Shown: positions 26,383-33,781 of the stretch, piece by piece | Position numbering within the stretch: the first letter of the stretch is position 1 | How the letters are laid out: every line of letters starts with the position of its first letter | NCBI GenBank assembly: GCA_964551835.1 | Contig: CAZKEM010000092.1 | Span: 1,598-65,597, forward strand | Length of the DNA stretch: 64,000 bases | Direction of reading: 5' to 3' | Source of the DNA: an uncultured Acidimicrobiaceae bacterium | GTDB taxonomy: Bacteria > Actinomycetota > Acidimicrobiia > Acidimicrobiales > SZUA-35 | The notes under the pieces: model-generated | What the model was told of the DNA's origin: nothing | Seen by the model: the letters and a program-made list of their open reading frames with translations, nothing else | Database searches by the model: none | Translations under genes and position numbers: made by a program

Positions 26383-27807
26383 ATGAAACAACAGGGGATA
26401 CAGAACCTCGTTGTCGCTGCCAACCGCCTACCTGTTCGAAAAGTCACAGACCCAAACGGGGAACAAACTTGGAAAACCAGCCCTGGCGGGCTCGTCTCTG
26501 CTCTAGCGCCTTCGATATCGAACACCGAACGCCTTCAATGGATTGGTTGGGCCGGTGACGTTATAGGCCCTGACGACCCGCCCGACAATGGCATCGAACC
26601 GTTTGTTGTCGATGGCATCGAACTCCAACCTGTCGCATTGACCAAAGAAGAGAAGAGCCTTCACTACGATGGCATGTCAAACGGCACGCTTTGGCCGCTG
26701 TACCATGACAAGGTTGGCCCGGTAGCATTCCACCGCCACTGGTACCTTGGCTACAAGACCGTCAACCAACGATTCGCAGACGCGATATCGAGCGTGGCTC
26801 CCAAGGGAGCAACTGTCTGGATCCACGACTACCAACTTCAACTCGTTCCGGCGATGATCAAGGAGAACCGACCCGATCTTAAAGTCGGCTTCTTCTTACA
26901 TATCCCATTTCCGCCTGAAGAGCTGTTTATGCAGCTCCCCTGGAGGCGGTCCCTGGCAAAGGGAATCCTCGGTAGCGACTTGGTTGGTTTCCAAACACCG
27001 GACGGTGCTGACAATTTTCGACGACTCATTCGGGCCATCGAATTGGTTGAAGGCGACAGCGACGACAATGTTATCTATGAAGGTCGCGAAGTCGCCATCG
27101 GAACCTTCCCGATCGGCATTGTTGGCGAACGATACGAGTCGGTCGCCAGAAGCGAAGCCACGACTATGCGCACTCAGGACTTGCGCGCTCGTCTTGGCCA
27201 ACCCCATGTAGTGTTACTGGGCGTCGATCGTCTCGACTATACAAAAGGCATCGATGTGAGGCTTCGGGCCTTCAAAGAACTTTTGGCTGAAGGTCGGGTT
27301 AGCCCGACTCGCGTTTCTATGGTCCAAGTCGCTGAACCGTCTCGTGACAACGTGAAGGCGTATATCGCCCTTCGGGCCAAGGTCGAACAGTTGGTTGGTG
27401 AAATCAATGGCGACTACGGACGCGTCGGTTTTCCAGTTGTGAACTATATTCACCAAACGCACGGTTTGGAAGAGTTGATCTCGCTGTACCGAGTCGCAGA
27501 CGTGATGGTCGTGACCCCTTTTAGGGATGGTATGAATCTGGTAGCGAAAGAATACGTCTCCTGTCGATACGACAACACTGGCGTGCTCGTTCTCTCCGAA
27601 TTCGCCGGAGCCGCCCATGACCTTGAAGGTGCGCTGCTCGTAAATCCACACGATATCGACGGGCTGAAAGATGCTTTAGTCCAAGCCATCGGCATGGCCT
27701 CAACTGAAGCTGAACAACGTATGGAGAAGATGCGGGAGACAGTTCAAGACAACGATGCGGTCAGTTGGGCAAGTAGTTTCCTACAGGCGATTCCTCAAAT
27801 CGATTAG
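26383..27807 (+). CDS. otsA: alpha,alpha-trehalose-phosphate synthase (GT20)
   Basis: 474 aa. VVAANRLPV, PGGLVSAL, WIGW, FFLHIPFPP, LLGVDRLDYTKGI, PFRDGMNLVAKEY. SD GGGAG upstream of the ATG. Confidence 0.9.
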   Translation: MKQQGIQNLVVAANRLPVRKVTDPNGEQTWKTSPGGLVSALAPSISNTERLQWIGWAGDVIGPDDPPDNGIEPFVVDGIELQPVALTKEEKSLHYDGMSNGTLWPLYHDKVGPVAFHRHWYLGYKTVNQRFADAISSVAPKGATVWIHDYQLQLVPAMIKENRPDLKVGFFLHIPFPPEELFMQLPWRRSLAKGILGSDLVGFQTPDGADNFRRLIRAIELVEGDSDDNVIYEGREVAIGTFPIGIVGERYESVARSEATTMRTQDLRARLGQPHVVLLGVDRLDYTKGIDVRLRAFKELLAEGRVSPTRVSMVQVAEPSRDNVKAYIALRAKVEQLVGEINGDYGRVGFPVVNYIHQTHGLEELISLYRVADVMVVTPFRDGMNLVAKEYVSCRYDNTGVLVLSEFAGAAHDLEGALLVNPHDIDGLKDALVQAIGMASTEAEQRMEKMRETVQDNDAVSWASSFLQAIPQID

Positions 27808-27814
27808 TTCAGAC

Positions 27815-29077
27815 TTACCGCAACTGGTCCAGGGCCTGAAAGTACGTTGGAAATGTTTTGGCGACGCAGCCCGGATCCTCAATTTGAATTCCTGGATGCA
27901 CGAGCCCTAATAGAGCGAAACTCATCGCCATGCGGTGGTCGTCGAAGGTCTCGATCGAACCACCGGTAGACGCACCCGGCCATATCTTCATCGCGTCGTC
28001 GAATTCTTGCGCCCGGATACCCGCCTTTGAGAGCTGGGTCACGACGGCGTTAATCCGGTCCGTTTCTTTGCGCCTAATAAACCCGATACCCGAAATGATG
28101 GTCGGTGTCGACGCAAACGATGCGACGACGGCGAGAGTTTGGGCGGTATCCGATATGTCGGCCATGTCGACTTCCACTCCGACTAACTTTTCGGTGCATG
28201 ACACCTCTGTCCAACCATCCCCATACGTAACCTTGGCGCCCATCTGGGCCAAGACATCGACGAATGCAAGATCGCCTTGAACCGTCGAGTTGTCTAAACC
28301 TAGAACTCGGACGCGACCGCCGCTAACGGCGGCTGCCGCAAAGAAATAGGATGCTGCAGACGCATCCGGCTCGATTTGACAAGTTGCTGCCTGGTATGGC
28401 TGGGGGCGGACTTCGAATCGGTTGTAGTCTTCGTTGTCGACTTCGACCCCAAACGTCGACATTGTCGCCAATGTGAGGTCAATATAGGGTTTGGACACAA
28501 GTTCGCCCGTCACGTCAATCGTCGTTGGACCCGAGAAGGTAGGTGCCGAGAGCAAAAGCCCCGAAAGAAATTGGCTTGACGCGTCGCCTGGTATGGAGAT
28601 CGTGCCCCCACCCATCTGGGCTTGTCGAACGACGACAGGTAGGCTCTCGGAGTCGATGTCGGCGCCAAGGTTTCTGAGCGCCTCGACCAAGGTCTCGAAA
28701 GGGCGCGCTCGTAGTTGCTCGTCGGCATCAAGCGTGTACGGACCGGAACCCGTCGTCAGCAACGGCAGTAAAAAGCGTCCGGCGGTGCCAGCCTGGTTGA
28801 CGTTGACAGTCAGCGGTCCAGACCGGAGGTCCCCACCACTACCCGTCACTCGAATTTCACCACTGTCGGCCGACTCTACGACAACTCCGAGAGACCTCAG
28901 TGCTCCGGCCATAGCCTGGGTGTCCTTAGCGTCGAGGGCGCCCTGTAAGATCGACTCCCCTTCAGCTAAGGCCGCACATGCCAGAGCACGGTTTGTGTGG
29001 CTCTTAGAACCTGGAACGGTGACGATAGCGTCGGGTGGGCGAAGAAGCGGATCTACAACATGGGCCAAACGAGTCAT
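27815..29077 (-). CDS. aroA: 3-phosphoshikimate 1-carboxyvinyltransferase (EPSP synthase)
   Basis: 420 aa. VPGSKSHTNRALACAALAEG, NAGTAGRFL, DHRMAMSFALLGL. Confidence 0.9.
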   Translation of the reverse strand: MTRLAHVVDPLLRPPDAIVTVPGSKSHTNRALACAALAEGESILQGALDAKDTQAMAGALRSLGVVVESADSGEIRVTGSGGDLRSGPLTVNVNQAGTAGRFLLPLLTTGSGPYTLDADEQLRARPFETLVEALRNLGADIDSESLPVVVRQAQMGGGTISIPGDASSQFLSGLLLSAPTFSGPTTIDVTGELVSKPYIDLTLATMSTFGVEVDNEDYNRFEVRPQPYQAATCQIEPDASAASYFFAAAAVSGGRVRVLGLDNSTVQGDLAFVDVLAQMGAKVTYGDGWTEVSCTEKLVGVEVDMADISDTAQTLAVVASFASTPTIISGIGFIRRKETDRINAVVTQLSKAGIRAQEFDDAMKIWPGASTGGSIETFDDHRMAMSFALLGLVHPGIQIEDPGCVAKTFPTYFQALDQLR

Positions 29078-29106
29078 TGCTAACTGAGTTTAGGCTGGCA
29101 AACGAA

Positions 29107-29610
29107 TCATTGCCGCAGGTTTACTTCACTGGTATCAATCGTCGCCAACCGTTCGCCGACCAGTTGAGCTTCGGGCGACGCCGCCTGTTTTTCTGCGGGC
29201 ACCCCGATTGACCCTGACTCTTCGATCTGTTGTCGAATTTCTTTGATAGTGAACCTTGCGACCCTGATGGCTTCGTCTCGTTCGTTGACGCGTTCCCGGG
29301 CTACCGCCAACTCAGCGGTGAGTCGATCAACTTCGGTACGTGCACGTTGAAGATCTACGTCCTTGACGTCGTCAGACGTACCAGCCCTCATACTTGGCTG
29401 GGACGCCATCTGGTATCGCAGCCTGCGGTTTACCATTTTGTCTTCGGTTAGCTCTTGACGGAGCTGCTCCATCGAACGGTCTTTGATGGCGAGCTGTTCG
29501 CGGCACTTGCGCAGCGAAGGCCCGGAGCGGAACTTCGCCACAAGGTAACCTACGGCCGTCGCCAAGACCAGCGCAACAACCAGCAGTCCAGAATTGACCA
29601 CGGCACCCAT
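29107..29610 (-). CDS. hypothetical membrane-anchored coiled-coil protein
   Basis: 167 aa. N-terminal TM (LLVVALVLATAVGYLVA), then charged heptad-like sequence (EQLRQELTEDK, VDRLTAELAVARERVNERDEAIRV). Confidence 0.5.
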   Translation of the reverse strand: MGAVVNSGLLVVALVLATAVGYLVAKFRSGPSLRKCREQLAIKDRSMEQLRQELTEDKMVNRRLRYQMASQPSMRAGTSDDVKDVDLQRARTEVDRLTAELAVARERVNERDEAIRVARFTIKEIRQQIEESGSIGVPAEKQAASPEAQLVGERLATIDTSEVNLRQ

Positions 29611-29748
29611 ACTTTGCCTTCCACCGATGTCAAATTAGACACCGCTTTAGATTCGACGACCAGCTAACACCTACCACATTAACGCTCTTGAGTGTACCTC
29701 AGTAAACAAAGGTCCAGGCATGAGTAACCTACCCCAGGACTTCAGAGG

Positions 29749-29788
29749 CCCGTTAGCGCAGGGTAGGCGGATACCGCGCGCTAACGGG
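29749..29788. other. 40-nt near-perfect hairpin in a 640-bp divergent intergenic region
   Basis: cccgttagcgc ... gcgctaacggg (11 bp) with an inner 4-bp extension ggta/tacc. Confidence 0.5.
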
Positions 29789-30248
29789 ACTTTCTGAGCG
29801 CTAGCCCCCCCATAAAAAGAGCTAGTGAGGCGCCCGCACTCAAGAACTGAAGCTTCCCACCCTGAAATTCAGGAAAGGACGTCTGTTCTCGTCGGCAGGG
29901 TCGTGCCCGCGCTGTCTACAGAACATCTAAACAACAAGCATCCACATTCGTCAACACAAACTCGAAGTTTCGATGAACCGTCGTTAGTCAATCGCTTCTG
30001 ACGATGCAAGTGGCGTTTGGCACTTGGGCTGGTAGTAGGCGTGGTCGACTCAATTCCCTCCATTTTCGGGGAAACCTTGGAGTTGAAACGGCAACCATGT
30101 AGTTTATAAGACAACGAAACATGATCCATATCCATGAATTCGAGCTTTACGTTTGGACAAACATCCTTTCTTCTGTTCGATCCATGCGACTTTAGTGGTA
30201 GTTTCACATAGAGAGTAATTAAGAGGGCTAACGGGGGACTGACGAACG

Positions 30249-32627
30249 GTGTCTGACATGGATGAAACTCCAACTTCGCGATCAAGCTGGTTTGGCTTTG
30301 AAAGAGTACGCGTTGATTACAAGAATCACGCGGTTGATATTACGGTCGGGTCTGAGACGGCTTGGGACCGTTCCCACCTTCGCCGACTCCGCCAGTCGAG
30401 CGATCTACCTGGACTCGTCCCAATCATCGATGCCGATGTCTCTTCTGAGGGACGGCCTTATGCCATAACCTCAGCAGTCGACGAACCAACCCTGGCCGAC
30501 CTTTTAGCGGCCGATGACGGCGTTAGCTGGAATGACAGCACAGGTATCACCGAAGCAGCTGCAAGAGCATGCCACGACGCCCATGAACGAGGTCTCTTTC
30601 ACGGTTCGATAAGCCCTAGCGATATTTATGTAATAGGCGACGAGATTGCAGTCGACGGTCTAGGGCTGACCCGAGGCGGAGGCGTCCCCGCCGACCGTTC
30701 CCAGTGGGTCGCGCCAGAAGTCCTCGCTGGCGACGCACCAACTGCACGATCCGATGTCTACTCCCTCGGCAAGCTTCTCGAAACGGCACTTGGCGACTCG
30801 ATCGAACTCGTACCTCGTTCCGTCAAACGATTGATGATGTGGTCTAGCTCTGATTCGGCTGATACCCGACCCCGCACGGCTTCGGAGTTCGCAGAGATCC
30901 TCAGCGACGGACTAGGAGACGCTAAGAGCTCGTATCGTCCTGCATTTATCCCAACGATACGGGCCAACAACCTTACGGAAGATGCGGAACGGGCGGTCGC
31001 AGACACCCAGACAGATATCGCCCTTGCATCTGTCGTCACGTCTGAAATCGAAGTTGAATCTCAAACAGAAGTTGAATCACAGACACTGACGGACGAAGAC
31101 TCCGTCGAAACGCCTGATGACATCAGCGTGGATGACGACGCGACCGAACAACTCGACACTGTCGACCTTGAGCGGGTCCCTCAAGAAGACGACATAACCG
31201 AAGAAGTCTCGCTGACAACCGACCCAGCCGAGGCCACATCCGATGATGAGGAGAGCTCAGGTTCGTTGACGAAAGCGGCCGGCGCAGCAGCAGCGGTAGG
31301 TGCTGCAGGAGCAGCCTCAAGCAAATTGGGCAGCAACAAGGGGGCTTCAGGCGACGCCGACTCCGACAGTTCGAAGAGCGGCTCTAAATCAAAGGGCTCC
31401 AAGAAAACGAAAACCAGCGCCAAAACTAAGACCAGTAAAGGTTCTCCCAAGAAAGCAGTGGAAGAGACCACCAAGACCGCTGGAATTGCCGCCAGCGAAG
31501 CAGTGACCGTCAAAAGTACCGGCACAAGTAATGCAGACAAATTTTCCTACCAAGACGTGTCACTAACTGAAGATCGTGGGATGTCTCGGTTTTTAATCCC
31601 AGCCCTTATTGTAGTTGCAATACCATTCCTAATCTGGGCTCTCGTTCGTTCAGGCGGCGGCGGCACTGATACTGCTGACTCTTCTCCTAATACGACGTCA
31701 GGAGCCAGTCAAGCAGGTCCAGCTATTACCGAGGGCACTGAACCAGACAGCGTGGAAAACGCCGTTCCTCCAGTTTCCGAAGCACCAGAAACCACACCAG
31801 CACCAGAAACCACACCAGCACCAGAGACCACACCAGCACCAGAACCGGTCAGCGAAGCACCGGCGGCTATCGCTGCTTCCGATGCAGCGATCCAGGTAGT
31901 TCACGCCGTCCCGGAAACACCGGTTGACGTCTATGTCGATGGCGAACTCACCGCACCCGCATTCCAACCTGAGAGCATTGCCGGCCCTGTCGACCTGGAA
32001 GCAGGCGATCACGACATTGCGATATTCGCAGCCGAAACTAATCCTGCGCAGTCCGCCGACGACCGTACCGACGATGCCGTTATAGAGCAGACAGTCACCG
32101 CCTCAGGTGATCCGACAACGTTGGTAGCCCACCTCGATGACAGTGAGAACCCGGTGCTCAGCGCATTTGCAGAGAGCTTAACCGAGCTCGAGGCTGGCGA
32201 AACCCGTGTTGTGGTAAGAAACCTAACCACGACCGCCGGGGACGCTACCGTAGTTGTCGATGGAGTAGAACAGTCTGCCCCTCTAGCAAATGGAGACGAA
32301 CTCGAAATCGTTCTTCCTGCTGGGGAACATACCATCACCATGCTAGGCACAAACGGCGAAGAGGTCTTCAGTTCAGATCTGGACCTAGTCGAAGGTGAAC
32401 TGACAACAGTCGGATTCATCGGATCGTCTAGAATCGGATCGGAAAGCGTCGTTGTTCAACGATATTCTGGCCTTGGTTCCGCTCCTTCAGAAGTACCAAC
32501 TGGCGACTCTGGGCTCTTAGAAGGAGGTCCAAGCTCCGGAGGGGCTCGGACGGTTATTGGCCTTGTCCTTATGATGCTGCTAAGCGGCGCCATGATTGCA
32601 TTCAAGCGTCGCCGCAGCATGGTATGA
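30249..32627 (+). CDS. pseudokinase / TM / tandem DUF4397-like ectodomain protein with C-terminal sorting-signal-like tail
   Basis: 792 aa. The kinase-like core has WVAPEVL and SDVYSLGKLL, but the catalytic loop is FHGSISPSD (no HRD Asp/Lys), and there is no Gly loop and no VAIK Lys. Acidic and Lys/Ser-rich linkers precede a TM (FLIPALIVVAIPFLIWALV). (APETTP)3 is followed by two DUF4397-like units (IQVVHAVPETPVDVYVDG, TRVVVRNLTT..ATVVVDG). The tail is EVPTGDSG...hydrophobic...KRRRSMV. Confidence 0.75.
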   Translation: MSDMDETPTSRSSWFGFERVRVDYKNHAVDITVGSETAWDRSHLRRLRQSSDLPGLVPIIDADVSSEGRPYAITSAVDEPTLADLLAADDGVSWNDSTGITEAAARACHDAHERGLFHGSISPSDIYVIGDEIAVDGLGLTRGGGVPADRSQWVAPEVLAGDAPTARSDVYSLGKLLETALGDSIELVPRSVKRLMMWSSSDSADTRPRTASEFAEILSDGLGDAKSSYRPAFIPTIRANNLTEDAERAVADTQTDIALASVVTSEIEVESQTEVESQTLTDEDSVETPDDISVDDDATEQLDTVDLERVPQEDDITEEVSLTTDPAEATSDDEESSGSLTKAAGAAAAVGAAGAASSKLGSNKGASGDADSDSSKSGSKSKGSKKTKTSAKTKTSKGSPKKAVEETTKTAGIAASEAVTVKSTGTSNADKFSYQDVSLTEDRGMSRFLIPALIVVAIPFLIWALVRSGGGGTDTADSSPNTTSGASQAGPAITEGTEPDSVENAVPPVSEAPETTPAPETTPAPETTPAPEPVSEAPAAIAASDAAIQVVHAVPETPVDVYVDGELTAPAFQPESIAGPVDLEAGDHDIAIFAAETNPAQSADDRTDDAVIEQTVTASGDPTTLVAHLDDSENPVLSAFAESLTELEAGETRVVVRNLTTTAGDATVVVDGVEQSAPLANGDELEIVLPAGEHTITMLGTNGEEVFSSDLDLVEGELTTVGFIGSSRIGSESVVVQRYSGLGSAPSEVPTGDSGLLEGGPSSGGARTVIGLVLMMLLSGAMIAFKRRRSMV
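31782..31847 (+). repeat. 3.6 x 18-bp in-frame tandem repeat encoding (APETTP)n
   Basis: gcaccagaaaccacacca repeated, with one synonymous change in copy 3. Confidence 0.9.
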
Positions 32628-33238
32628 ACCGAAAGTTCCTTTCCGGAACGTTCGGCCTTATAGCCACCGTAGCAATGGTGGCGGCGGCAGGAACCGGGGG
32701 CGCGACAGCCTCCGCTGACCCTGATGCACCCCAACAACCAGCCAACACGGCAGCTGTACCAATTCGCTCGGGTAACCCCTTGGATGTACAACCATCCAAG
32801 GGACCTCGACCGGTAAGCATAAGGGTTGGAGACCTCAACCTCGACGCATCCGTTATCCCAGTCGGCGTCGACGACGAAAAGCGACTCGATGTCCCTTCCG
32901 CGGACTTAGTCGGCTGGTACCAGTACAGCGCGACCCCTGGTGAGACGGGTACAACAGTCCTAGCAGCCCATGTTGACTATGGCGGCGAAGAAGGTGTCTT
33001 CTTCAACCTTGACCAATTGCAAATCAACCAGCGCTTCGAGGTAGAACTCGAGGACGGCAGTATTAGACAATACCAAGTGACGGCAAACTCAACTTATAAC
33101 AAAGTCGACCTTCCTGGTGAAGAGCTATTCCGCAAAGACGGCGAGCCAACACTTCAGCTGGTCACGTGCGGCGGAGAGTTCGATGCGGACGCACGTTCGT
33201 ACGAAGCAAACGTTGTGGTAAGCGCTGTCCCAGTCTAA
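32624..33238 (+). CDS. class F-type sortase
   Basis: 204 aa. N-terminal signal/anchor, active-site His (LAAHVDYGG), the TC motif LQLVTCGG and a downstream Arg. The ATG overlaps the upstream stop (ATGA). Confidence 0.8.
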   Translation: MNRKFLSGTFGLIATVAMVAAAGTGGATASADPDAPQQPANTAAVPIRSGNPLDVQPSKGPRPVSIRVGDLNLDASVIPVGVDDEKRLDVPSADLVGWYQYSATPGETGTTVLAAHVDYGGEEGVFFNLDQLQINQRFEVELEDGSIRQYQVTANSTYNKVDLPGEELFRKDGEPTLQLVTCGGEFDADARSYEANVVVSAVPV

Positions 33239-33259
33239 ACCTAACGCCTTTATAGAGAA

Positions 33260-33301
33260 GGTGCGCTCCCCGAGCCCTCGACCTGCTTGGGGAGTCGCAC
33301 C
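33260..33301 (+). terminator. candidate intrinsic terminator-like hairpin after the sortase gene
   Basis: ggtgcgctcccc - 17 nt - ggggag(t)cgcacc, a 12 bp stem with one bulge, 22 nt after the stop. Only a 2-nt T run follows, so it is not canonical. Confidence 0.35.
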
Positions 33302-33781
33302 TTGAAACAGCCAATGGCTGCTATTAACATTGACCCGAACGCTGGTACTGAACCTGACAACAATAGCCAGCAGGTCAACGGAAAGGGAACTTCTGTTTCG
33401 CCGAGCGCACGTTTACCCGGCAATTAAGAAACTAGGTGATTTTCTCCAGTTTGTGAAATCGAATGCGCGCAATTTATTGATATAGAAGAATATCGATGCT
33501 ATTAATAGCTTGTCGAATGAACCTCCAGAAACGCACTGCTAGAGGCGATTATGTGCTCATATTTTGAAGAAAACTTGCGCCCTCTTATCCCAAAATAAAT
33601 AAGAAAATATTCGGTGGTTAACCTCCCAGAGTACCTAAAGCTCAGAATCTGAGCAAAGAACTCAAGGGTTCCAGAAGTGAAGCCACCCTCCTTCTTTGCA
33701 GTTGTGTCGTCAAGATAACAACGACAGGGAGATTGGAGTCCTATTCGCCGACCCAGTCCACACAGAGGTAGCCTCGACTAC

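Noticed and set aside
28491-29087. 198-aa plus-strand ORF antisense to aroA (similar cases: 17841..18413 vs ABC-F, 47720..48295 vs the Mo-oxidoreductase)
   Set aside because: The opposite strand encodes proteins with unambiguous family signatures. These ORFs are Arg/Ser/Pro-rich shadow frames.
29871-29925. RNase P RNA-like fragments (AGGAAAG.. and ACAGAAC)
   Set aside because: These are only short partial matches to the conserved GAGGAAAGUCC / ACAGAACC blocks. The spacing and the remaining conserved helices are absent.
29869-30285. 138-aa minus-strand ORF in the long intergenic region
   Set aside because: The sequence is Cys/His/Lys-rich and irregular, spans an AT-rich promoter-like tract, overlaps the start of the downstream gene, and has no SD or motif. 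Treated as non-coding.
33314-33427. 37-codon ORF (MAAINIDPNAGTEPDNNSQQVNGKGTSVSPSARLPGN) after the sortase terminator
   Set aside because: It has no SD and no recognisable peptide class, and sits in an otherwise non-coding spacer. It cannot be supported from the sequence alone.
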